IMG/VR virus record: IMGVR_UViG_3300015370_000040
Location: 1 to 27,991 of that record
Source of the DNA: a virus
Lineage: Duplodnaviria > Caudoviricetes
DNA length: 27,991 nt
Strand: one strand, 5' to 3'
Position 1 is the first letter of the stretch; every line of letters begins with the position of its first letter. Positions 15,666 to 22,686 of this stretch are shown here, piece after piece. The position numbers and the translations under genes were made by a program. Under the pieces are notes generated by a model that did no database searches, was not told where the DNA came from, and saw only the letters and a list, made by a program, of their open reading frames with translations.

Positions 15666-16058
15666 TTAAGTGGCGGCGGGTACGCCCGGCCCCTTGCCGG
15701 GAATCCACCCGGTAAGATCGTGGTATTCCTCAAGATATTTTTGCATGCCGTGGCGAGGGTTTAGGCACTCATAGCCAAGAGCCTCTAGATTAAGATATAT
15801 CTCACCGCAGGCCGCACATAGGAAATCAGAGGCTAAGGCTATCTCGTAGTCTTCGCCTAGTATTCGCTGCTTAATTTCGTCCTGCGGGTATTGGAACCTT
15901 TTAAACTCTAAGCAATCATCGCCGTTGCCAATGAGTTGGGCACAACTGGCACACGCCTTGCGGCGAAAGCGCGGAAACGGAATAAAATCGACAGACGCCT
16001 CTCCGTAGGCCCACCCTTCGCCGTCCCAATCATAATCACAATAACAGGTTAAGCTCAT
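15666..16058 (-). CDS. Zn-binding hypothetical protein
   Basis: MSLTCYC...CASC...CAAC, ATGA-coupled to the HTH gene. Confidence 0.65.
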   Translation of the reverse strand: MSLTCYCDYDWDGEGWAYGEASVDFIPFPRFRRKACASCAQLIGNGDDCLEFKRFQYPQDEIKQRILGEDYEIALASDFLCAACGEIYLNLEALGYECLNPRHGMQKYLEEYHDLTGWIPGKGPGVPAAT

Positions 16059-16252
16059 TTTTCCCTCCCCAGCGCCCGCGTGATGTACTTGGGCGCGTCT
16101 TCTCGCACCTGCCACCATTCGCAACCAAGATACTTGGACATGAGGCGGCAATGGGCATCAATGGGCACCCGCTTTCCGGCCATGTACCGGCTGATGTTGT
16201 AGAGAGGGATGCCCGTCAACTCGGACAAGTGTTTTGGTGTTTTTGCTTTCAT
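16055..16252 (-). CDS. Cro/XRE-like HTH regulator, probably leaderless
   Basis: MKAKTPKHLSELTGIPLYNISRYMAGKRVP HTH pattern. First gene of the leftward operon, 65 aa, no peptidase domain. Confidence 0.75.
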   Translation of the reverse strand: MKAKTPKHLSELTGIPLYNISRYMAGKRVPIDAHCRLMSKYLGCEWWQVREDAPKYITRALGREK

Positions 16253-16255
16253 GTT

Positions 16256-16288
16256 TGCCATCATGGCACATGCCGGAGGGGCATGCAA
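16256..16288 (-). promoter_or_regulatory. Leftward early promoter with overlapping operator-like palindromes
   Basis: TTGCAT (16283-16288), 17-nt spacer, TG.CATGAT (16260-16265). Inverted repeats TGCCAT-C-ATGGCA (16256-16268) and CATGCC-N5-GGCATG (16269-16285). Confidence 0.55.
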
Positions 16289-16332
16289 GCAAAAAGTGAC
16301 ATGGCGGCAAGAAACTTTTTGTAATTTATCCC

Positions 16333-16362
16333 TTGACACCCGCCCCACCCTTCCCCTAAAAT
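16333..16362 (+). promoter_or_regulatory. Rightward sigma70 promoter
   Basis: TTGACA (16333-16338), 18-nt spacer, TAAAAT (16357-16362), with an AT-rich UP-like tract upstream. Confidence 0.75.
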
Positions 16363-16368
16363 CAACAT

Positions 16369-16454
16369 AACCACGCCACCCGCCTCGGCCCGAGGGCCAC
16401 TTGGGCAATTTAGAACAACAGACTAGGCACTCCCGCGATGCGGGGTGCCGTTTT
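16369..16454 (+). ncRNA. Putative trans-acting antisense small RNA (about 86 nt)
   Basis: Predicted +1 at A16369. Unstructured 5' seed AACCACGCCACCCGCCTCGGC matches 15636-15656 (20/21). Middle hairpin GCCCGAG/CTTGGGC and a terminator hairpin at the 3' end. Confidence 0.65.
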
Positions 16455-16460
16455 GCGTTT
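16426..16460 (+). terminator. Intrinsic terminator / attenuator before the rightward operon
   Basis: GGCAC-T-CCCGC-GAT-GCGGG-GTGCC followed by GTTTTGCGTTT. Confidence 0.65.
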
Positions 16461-16473
16461 GGAGGATGAAGCA

Positions 16474-16899
16474 ATGGACCAGAGCCAGGCACTACTCGCT
16501 TTAGATAAACTTCGCCAATCTGGATGGATGGTTGCGGTTCACAATGATTACCGTCTCAATGGAGAGAATTATACTTTTTGGCTTCTGACCAAAGACCACC
16601 TTGCAATCAAGGCAGAGGGCAAAACCGACGCCGAGGTCATGGGCATGTTGAAGGTTTTGGCCTCCACGGTGGAGCGAGAGCAAGACGGCATAGACGACCT
16701 ACTGGAGGAAGCCCGCTATATCAAGGCGGACAACACCCGACTACGCGTGATGGAGGCTGCGGCGCGATGGCTCATGGAGGTGGGGTCCATTGAGCCTGGC
16801 CTGCTTGGTGATGATGCCGCAGCGGAGTACGAAGACATTTATGTGGCAGCCCTAGACGCCCTTCTCGAAAAACTGGATGGAAGCGGAGGCCCACAATGA
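16474..16899 (+). CDS. Hypothetical protein
   Basis: ATG 16474 with GGAGG RBS. GWMVAVHNDYRLNGENYTFWLLT domain plus a coiled coil. Confidence 0.7.
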   Translation: MDQSQALLALDKLRQSGWMVAVHNDYRLNGENYTFWLLTKDHLAIKAEGKTDAEVMGMLKVLASTVEREQDGIDDLLEEARYIKADNTRLRVMEAAARWLMEVGSIEPGLLGDDAAAEYEDIYVAALDALLEKLDGSGGPQ

Positions 16900-17015
16900 C
16901 CACCGCTGACCGCGCCCAGGCCTGCGCCGCGCTGGTGGCCGAGCTGGTGGCTATAGGCGTGCCGGAGGATGTCGTGGAGAAGGAAGTTGATGCGTTTTGG
17001 AGGGAGGGTGAGTAG
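16896..17015 (+). CDS. Small hypothetical protein (39 aa, not in the ORF track)
   Basis: MTTADRAQACAALVAELVAIGVPEDVVEKEVDAFWREGE, GGAGG RBS, ATGA-coupled. Confidence 0.55.
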   Translation: MTTADRAQACAALVAELVAIGVPEDVVEKEVDAFWREGE

Positions 17016-17192
17016 ATGGTACCTAGATGGTTTTTCTTGAGCCTCAAGATTCTTTCGGTTGGTCCTTTGTCTGTGATTCTAGTCGCAGCCTTTGCTGTTG
17101 CCGCTATTTTCGGTAGTTTGGCGTGGGCCGCTGCCGTGCCACTTGAGAGATTTAAGGACGATCTGGATTGGTGGGCGCACGGAGATGAGTAA
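17016..17192 (+). CDS. Small membrane protein (58 aa, not in the ORF track)
   Basis: MVPRWFFLSLKILSVGPLSVILVAAFAVAAIFGSLAWAAAVPLERFKDDLDWWAHGDE, TAGATG junction. Confidence 0.6.
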   Translation: MVPRWFFLSLKILSVGPLSVILVAAFAVAAIFGSLAWAAAVPLERFKDDLDWWAHGDE

Positions 17193-17351
17193 ATGGGATG
17201 CTCTTGCTGCAACGGATCGGGAGAGGTTGATTATTTCCGTTACGGAGACCCTAATTGGGTAGACCAGGCAATTTGCCCTTTGTGCGGCGGCACTGGAGTT
17301 GAAAGATACCGCCTCCCCTGGCAACTTATTTACCCCCGGCTTGGGGCGTAG
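17193..17351 (+). CDS. Mini DnaJ-type zinc-finger protein (52 aa, not in the ORF track)
   Basis: MGCSCCNGSGEVDYFRYGDPNWVDQAICPLCGGTGVERYRLPWQLIYPRLGA, with two CxxCxGxG motifs. Confidence 0.65.
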   Translation: MGCSCCNGSGEVDYFRYGDPNWVDQAICPLCGGTGVERYRLPWQLIYPRLGA

Positions 17352-17362
17352 GAGGTGAGTAG

Positions 17363-17458
17363 ATGAATGACATGGCTATCGGCGGATTAATTGGGATTAT
17401 TGCCGGCGGTATTGCTGGGGCGATCATCGGGCTAATTTACCACTGGCTTAAGGTGTAG
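17363..17458 (+). CDS. Glycine-zipper membrane peptide (31 aa, not in the ORF track)
   Basis: MNDMAIGGLIGIIAGGIAGAIIGLIYHWLKV, perfect GGAGGTGA RBS. Confidence 0.6.
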   Translation: MNDMAIGGLIGIIAGGIAGAIIGLIYHWLKV

Positions 17459-17468
17459 GAGGTGAGTG

Positions 17469-17828
17469 ATGGTTTATACACACCATTCTTTTGTAACTTG
17501 CGATGATTGCGGCGAACGACACTCTGTTGGTAACCGGGAAGATTGCATCGAAGTGTTGAAGGAACGGCTGGAGGAACATCAGACCGAAAACGCCGCCCTT
17601 GATGCCGAGAACGCCCGGCTGCGCGCCGTGGCAGAGGCGGCGGAAGGTCTGGTGTCCAGCCTGAACGATTTGTTCATCAGCAGCGAAGGGGTAGTAGGGC
17701 TTCATCTCAACGGTGACGTGGCCATATGGGATGAGCTGTTAGAGAATATCAACTATTCGGTATGGCTCGGCGACCCCCTCACCGCCCTACGCAAGGCCAT
17801 GGAGGGCTTGAGCAAGCAAGGAGGATGA
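17469..17828 (+). CDS. Hypothetical protein (N-terminal CxxC..H...C, coiled coil)
   Basis: GGAGGTGA RBS; CDDCGERH...C followed by ENAALDAENARLRAVAEAA. Confidence 0.65.
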   Translation: MVYTHHSFVTCDDCGERHSVGNREDCIEVLKERLEEHQTENAALDAENARLRAVAEAAEGLVSSLNDLFISSEGVVGLHLNGDVAIWDELLENINYSVWLGDPLTALRKAMEGLSKQGG

Positions 17829-17829
17829 G

Positions 17830-18375
17830 GTGAAAACCATAACTGTGTGCGTGAAAAACCAGGTCGAGGCGGACGCGCTGATACCCCAGGCCCTGCGAGA
17901 TCCCGCCGATCTGTGGGTGTGCATGGTGGGGCCGATGGAGGGTCCGGTGGACCTGAACTCCCGAGAATGTCTTATCGACAAGCGCAGATTCAAATACACC
18001 CTCGGTAACTATCTTGATTGGGTCATCTGCTTCGGCGGCTCCAAGCCTGTGCATCCTGATTGGGTGCGCAGCCTGCGGGACCAGTGCCAGGCGGCGGGGG
18101 TGCCGTTCATGTTCACCGGGTGGGGAGAGTGGGCGGATGCCGAAGCTGTGGGAATAGGGTCTTTTGGGCCCCGTCTCAATAGGGACGGCGATTACAAAGA
18201 TTACTTTGACCAAGACGTGGTTTTGGCCGATGGCATAACCAGGGCCAGGGCAAGAGCCCACAGGTTTGACCCTGCCAAGTGTTTTCAGGTGTTCCGCGTG
18301 GGCAGTAAGCGCTCCGGCCGCATCCTCGACGGCCAGACCTGGGACCAGCGGCCGGAGGCTCCCCATGGCTCTTAG
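17830..18375 (+). CDS. N-terminally truncated, divergent DUF5131 (Gp37/Gp68) protein
   Basis: LDWVIC, HPDWVRSLRDQCQAAGVPF.F..WGEW and RVG.KRSGRILDGQTWD match the C-terminal half of the family. No N-terminal Cys triad. Confidence 0.75.
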   Translation: MKTITVCVKNQVEADALIPQALRDPADLWVCMVGPMEGPVDLNSRECLIDKRRFKYTLGNYLDWVICFGGSKPVHPDWVRSLRDQCQAAGVPFMFTGWGEWADAEAVGIGSFGPRLNRDGDYKDYFDQDVVLADGITRARARAHRFDPAKCFQVFRVGSKRSGRILDGQTWDQRPEAPHGS

Positions 18376-19051
18376 CGATGCCCAGCGGCGCGAAGTACCC
18401 CTCCCCCTCACCTCCTACGAGGCCGAGGCCGCGGCGCGTGGTGAGTTGCGGTTGATAATCAGGCCGGTGGAACCGCAGCCGCCAAAACTAAGCAGCATGT
18501 TTCACTGGGAAATAACCACCGATGGAGAATTGGTGGCGGTTGAAAGCGAGCCTCTGCGTTATCCAGAATCAGGTCCAGAGGGGCACAGGGCTGGTATTCG
18601 TGCCATCGCCCAGCCCGGCGATGTGATCGTGGGGTTGGAAAGCTTTTTGCGCGGCGAAGAACCAGACGAAGATGGGAAATACGTGGTTTGGTATGCCGCC
18701 GACTATTTAAATGATCCCACTTTTTTCATGTTTGACGTTGAGCCCGCCGCCACCATGCCGCCCGAGTTCGCCAGGCACCGCTGGACCGTGGAGCGCGTGG
18801 AGTGCAAGAGGCTGCACGAAGTAAAGGAGCCAGAATGCATTGCTACGGGGGCACCAGTTATTGGCTCAGTAGTCCTACCTGCCTTGCCGGGAGAGATCAA
18901 CAGCTTGGACGGCCCCATGTGTTCAACGGGCCAGGTTGGGGTAACCCAAACCCCCAGATGCTGGTTCCGTGAAACCTGGGGCGCCGCCTTCCCCGCCTAC
19001 CCCAGGGACAGCAACCCCTTTGTGTTTCTGCACTGGCTGGGAGGTGAGTAG
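18365..19051 (+). CDS. Divergent paralog of the ASCH/PUA-like family protein at 7028-7669
   Basis: QPGDVIVGLESF, PAATMPPEFARHRWTVERVECKRLHEV and DSNPFVF align with QPGDRLWVREAF, PSIHMPRAYSRITLEVTGVRVERVLEI and ADNPYVW. Confidence 0.7.
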   Translation: MALSDAQRREVPLPLTSYEAEAAARGELRLIIRPVEPQPPKLSSMFHWEITTDGELVAVESEPLRYPESGPEGHRAGIRAIAQPGDVIVGLESFLRGEEPDEDGKYVVWYAADYLNDPTFFMFDVEPAATMPPEFARHRWTVERVECKRLHEVKEPECIATGAPVIGSVVLPALPGEINSLDGPMCSTGQVGVTQTPRCWFRETWGAAFPAYPRDSNPFVFLHWLGGE

Positions 19052-19432
19052 ATGAGCGTAAGAGATCATTTCCCGGGACCGTGGATAGGCGATGACGTGG
19101 AGAAACTATTAGAAGCGCGCAGCCAGCGCATCGCCGCCATTGAGGCCGAGCTTGCCGAGGCGCGACTAGGCGTTGAACGCGCCAGTAGATATGCCGGTGA
19201 GTTCCAAGGGGCCCTTAGCGCCAACGAGGAAACCCTTGGCAAAGTATGTGATGACCGCGACAATTACAAATCCCAGCTCGCCGAGGCGCGGGCCGAGGTG
19301 GAGCGGCTGCGGGGGCTGGTGGAAACCGCCTATAACGAGGGATTTAACGAGGGGATGAACGAGGTTCAAAGATACAAAGGAGGGGCATCTTTTTATGATA
19401 GCAAATCCCGCCAAGCACTGGAGGAATCATGA
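19052..19432 (+). CDS. Coiled-coil hypothetical protein
   Basis: GGAGGTGA RBS; repeated LAEAR..VER heptads. Confidence 0.65.
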   Translation: MSVRDHFPGPWIGDDVEKLLEARSQRIAAIEAELAEARLGVERASRYAGEFQGALSANEETLGKVCDDRDNYKSQLAEARAEVERLRGLVETAYNEGFNEGMNEVQRYKGGASFYDSKSRQALEES

Positions 19433-19740
19433 ACGCAGTAAAGATAGCACAGAATATCTGTGATGCTGCCAAAAATGCGGAGGGGACTGACTACATTCTG
19501 CCTAGTGAGATACTACTTGCCCGCGCCCTGCTGAAAGCGGTGGGGGGGCTGAGCAAGGCATCCCACCTGTGCTTCATGCGAGAAGATGACAACACGCAAA
19601 CAATAGATGACATAGAGGTAATCACCAACAAGACCCTAGCCGAGTTGGGGGTGAGTGATGAGCGAAGTAAAAGTAACCTGCGCGGGGTGCGGGTGGGCAA
19701 CGGGAACCATTCCAGCCCTAAACCACCACCACGCCATTAA
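19429..19740 (+). CDS. Hypothetical protein
   Basis: GGAGG RBS, ATGA-coupled. Converges with the lysis module. Confidence 0.55.
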   Translation: MNAVKIAQNICDAAKNAEGTDYILPSEILLARALLKAVGGLSKASHLCFMREDDNTQTIDDIEVITNKTLAELGVSDERSKSNLRGVRVGNGNHSSPKPPPRH

Positions 19741-20299
19741 CCTTTTCGCGCACCAGTAGCCAGTTAACCGTGTCCGTGGCGCACACGTCATCTTGGCCGT
19801 CGGGGTTGACCATTTTGCGCGGTCCCCACCCGGTGTAGCCGATTTGCCAATACCCCTCATTCCAAAGCATGGAGCATATTTTAAAGTAGTCCAGGCCGAC
19901 CTTGCTCAACAGCCAACGGGCCGCGTATGCCTCGCCCTTCCATTGCCCCAGGGTCAGCGCCCACCGGGCCCAGGCAATCAGCCAGTCGGTGGCATGGGCT
20001 CCCAGCTTCAGCGGCGCATATGGGTCGCCCACGCGCTCCAAGACATACTTGGCGATGATCTCTCGCTGCTTGTCCGACACCCACAGGGGTCGGTAAATCC
20101 TGTAATCCGGGTGTTTGGCGTCCCACTCGTCCCACGGGGTGCTGGTGACGCGCCATAGGGCCTCGGTCACGGTGTCCGGGCTGGTGAAGCCCGCCGTATG
20201 GCCGGCGTAGGTCTCGTCCTCACCGGGGGTGCGCTCAAGCAGCCTGGTGGCCCACATGCCGGGCGTGAAGATTATATTGGCCGTCTGGCGGTAGAGCAT
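19718..20299 (-). CDS. Permuted papain-like (YiiX/YaeF-type NlpC/P60) amidase/peptidase
   Basis: GHTAG...TEAL (His, Glu), YRIYRP, VGDPY, ICSMLWNEGY (Cys after His) and VNPD. AAGGAG RBS. Confidence 0.7.
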   Translation of the reverse strand: MLYRQTANIIFTPGMWATRLLERTPGEDETYAGHTAGFTSPDTVTEALWRVTSTPWDEWDAKHPDYRIYRPLWVSDKQREIIAKYVLERVGDPYAPLKLGAHATDWLIAWARWALTLGQWKGEAYAARWLLSKVGLDYFKICSMLWNEGYWQIGYTGWGPRKMVNPDGQDDVCATDTVNWLLVREKVNGVVVV

Positions 20300-20342
20300 G
20301 TTGACTCCTTGGAAGGCCGGGACGGGGCAGGGAGTGGAAGGG

Positions 20343-20822
20343 CTATTGTTTCAGCTCGGCCTTGATTTTCTCTATGGCCGCGTCAAGTTCTGCCTGTTGG
20401 GATTTGGGGGCATCCGCCTTGGCGTTGGTTAAGGCCCCCAGGGCGTCCCCAAGTACATCCTTGCCCGACCCAGCCAGGCCCACGATGGCCGAAATGAACG
20501 GCTTAACGGCGCTGGCCCCCGGCATGGAAGACAGGGCCATGGTAAGCAGGCCCGTCAAATCGTTGGACGAGGCCGTGGGATTGGCCTTAAGTACTTCCGT
20601 CACTTTGGCCAGTACCTCTGTTTCAAGGCTGGAGGTCGTCCCGGTCAACCCGCTTATCACCGCCTGAGCGTCTTGGCCCGCGATATTCCCTACCGCAGTA
20701 AGCACCACCCCAGGTTTAAGTATCTCGGGAACCCCGTCTTTGATCTGGAAGGTATATTCGACTTCCGGGGACAGCTCAAACACGGCGGGAACTTTAAACT
20801 TTAGGCTTATGTCGTTTGACAT
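20343..20822 (-). CDS. Hypothetical protein in the lysis module
   Basis: 159 aa, AGGAGG RBS, amphipathic helical C-terminal half. Confidence 0.65.
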   Translation of the reverse strand: MSNDISLKFKVPAVFELSPEVEYTFQIKDGVPEILKPGVVLTAVGNIAGQDAQAVISGLTGTTSSLETEVLAKVTEVLKANPTASSNDLTGLLTMALSSMPGASAVKPFISAIVGLAGSGKDVLGDALGALTNAKADAPKSQQAELDAAIEKIKAELKQ

Positions 20823-20834
20823 GATCTTGTCCTC

Positions 20835-21620
20835 CTATGGCCAAACCACGCACCGAATGGGGGTGCGTGCATAAACTTTGTTATATTCCCAAGTCCACTT
20901 GCCCTCAAAGCGCCCCCGGCTTAGTGCGGCCACAGTGAAGCAAACTTGGTCGCCCGCTTGGGGGTTCCATCCGTCAGGGAACACGTTGAACACCTTGATG
21001 TTGCCGCCGGATACGGTGCTCTTTGGGCGAGTGGTGGCGTTGTGCCTCATCCACTCAAACGAGGCCCCATACCATTTGCCGCTGACCTGAGTAACCACCC
21101 AGGGGTTAGCCGCCGCCCCATTGACTTCGGGCCAGTTGGCCGTGCCCTGTTGAGCCAGTACTATGTCGTTGCCCTTAAAGCTTACTGTGAGGTCGTAGGT
21201 GATCTTCCAGTTCTGAACCCCGGCAGGGTCGCCAACCCACGTCACGCTGGCCGGGTCAATATCGTCTGTGAGCCCCTGAGAGGCCGCAGGATGCGTTGAG
21301 TCTACCGGCGGGGTGTCTGTAGCCACGGGGGGTGGTGCGGCTGGCTTGGGGGTCACCAGCAGCATTGCCAGTTCCATGCACTTGTCGTAGGTGTCAGCAT
21401 CGGCCTTGTAGCCCTGGCCGCACAGGATGCCCCAGGCTAGGTTGTCCACCGCGCACTGGTGGAGTTGGGCCTTGTACTCGGGGAACAGGGCTTCCATTTC
21501 ATGCGCCGACCTACCAAGGGCCGTGTAGTCGGCACACTTGTACTTAGTGCATCCCACTGGCACGAAAAGTAGGTAGATAAGGACAAGTACCGGCAGAATG
21601 TACCACTTTAATCTTGACAT
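20835..21620 (-). CDS. Putative lipoprotein with a Pro-rich linker and beta-rich C-domain
   Basis: MSRLKWYILPVLVLIYLLFVPVG-C lipobox-like signal, PKPAAPPPVATDTPP linker, Trp-rich C-domain. Confidence 0.65.
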   Translation of the reverse strand: MSRLKWYILPVLVLIYLLFVPVGCTKYKCADYTALGRSAHEMEALFPEYKAQLHQCAVDNLAWGILCGQGYKADADTYDKCMELAMLLVTPKPAAPPPVATDTPPVDSTHPAASQGLTDDIDPASVTWVGDPAGVQNWKITYDLTVSFKGNDIVLAQQGTANWPEVNGAAANPWVVTQVSGKWYGASFEWMRHNATTRPKSTVSGGNIKVFNVFPDGWNPQAGDQVCFTVAALSRGRFEGKWTWEYNKVYARTPIRCVVWP

Positions 21621-21711
21621 TTTTCGTCCCACCATGGCATAATGAAATCTTCAAGGGGTGGCTTTGTCGCCGCCCCGCGCCCCCAAAGGAGTTGTTCCCG
21701 GCGGGGGCGCT

Positions 21712-21954
21712 TCATTTCTTGCCTCCGGGCAGCAGCTTGCGCCAGTCAATGCGCTCGTCGGCCACCACGCCGCCGTAAAGGCTCCAGAAGGCCCCAATCA
21801 TGAAGGCGGTTTGCTCGGGGGTCATCTGGCCGACTACTCGGTTGTAGTAGTCGAACACTGGCTGGGTCCACTCGGGAGGCAGGGCCTTAACCAGTATGGA
21901 TGCCAGCATCATCACGCCGCCCCAAAAACGCTTGGATTTGTAAGGTGGTTTCAT
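21712..21954 (-). CDS. Holin-like membrane protein
   Basis: MKPPYKSKRFWG N-terminus, two hydrophobic segments, adjacent to the endolysin. Confidence 0.65.
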   Translation of the reverse strand: MKPPYKSKRFWGGVMMLASILVKALPPEWTQPVFDYYNRVVGQMTPEQTAFMIGAFWSLYGGVVADERIDWRKLLPGGKK

Positions 21955-22454
21955 TCCTTAAACTCCCCGGCCCACTCCAGCACCTCCCGGGCATAGCGAG
22001 CTGTTCGTTCGGTTTTGCCGCCGCCGCCATTGTAGCGTTGGAGGGCATTGAATACGTCGCCTTTTTCTCGTTTGAAGCACCAAGCCAAGTACTTGCAGCC
22101 AAGACCAAGGTTAATCTCAGGCTCGAAAAGATCACCAAAGTCTCCCCTGAATCCTAGCTCCCTGGCTACTGCTCCCATGATCTGCATGAGGCCCCAGGAG
22201 ATGCGCTGGCAGTACCACTCGGTGGCCTCACTTTCACCTGGAGGGCGCCCTAATTTCTCTCCAGGGTCATCCCCCCAGAGCCAGAGGTAATCTTCTTCGG
22301 CCCGCAGAGCCTTGCGGTTGCCCGCGCTTTCCTGGGCCACGATTCCAGCCACGATGTGCGTTGGGAGGCCGTATGCCTGGGACGCCACCTGGATGTCAGC
22401 CCAGTAGTTGAGCACTGCGGTTAAGGCGGCATTTAGGCGGGGGTCACTTGCCAT
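21951..22454 (-). CDS. Endolysin, SLT-type lytic transglycosylase
   Basis: VAQESAG (catalytic Glu), SWGLMQIM, NL..G..YL and RYNGG motifs. Confidence 0.9.
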   Translation of the reverse strand: MASDPRLNAALTAVLNYWADIQVASQAYGLPTHIVAGIVAQESAGNRKALRAEEDYLWLWGDDPGEKLGRPPGESEATEWYCQRISWGLMQIMGAVARELGFRGDFGDLFEPEINLGLGCKYLAWCFKREKGDVFNALQRYNGGGGKTERTARYAREVLEWAGEFKE

Positions 22455-22686
22455 GGCCGTTCCTCATGTAGCGAAGTATTTCCTTCACGTCCCGCTGAAG
22501 TTCCCGCAAGTCGGCCTTGTCCTCTGCTTGGTCAGCCTTATACATAGCCGCGTCCACCTTGCAGGCCACGGCATCATCCTGGCGAAACTGCCAATTGGTC
22601 ATCAGGCCGGCGTAGAACATGAACCCCGCCAAAACGCCGCTGACTATCCACCGCCAAATCTTGGTGTTGTTCACGCCGTCTGGCAT
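22444..22686 (-). CDS. Single-TM protein with a coiled-coil tail (holin/antiholin-like)
   Basis: IWRWIVSGVLAGFMFYAGLM TM followed by DLRELQRDVKEILRYM. Directly upstream of the endolysin. Confidence 0.6.
   Translation of the reverse strand: MPDGVNNTKIWRWIVSGVLAGFMFYAGLMTNWQFRQDDAVACKVDAAMYKADQAEDKADLRELQRDVKEILRYMRNGHGK

Noticed and set aside
15636-16389. att sites or an invertible segment defined by the 21-bp repeat
   Set aside because: The repeats are direct, no recombinase is present, and one copy starts exactly at a predicted +1, which favours the antisense reading. Deletion by homologous recombination cannot be excluded.
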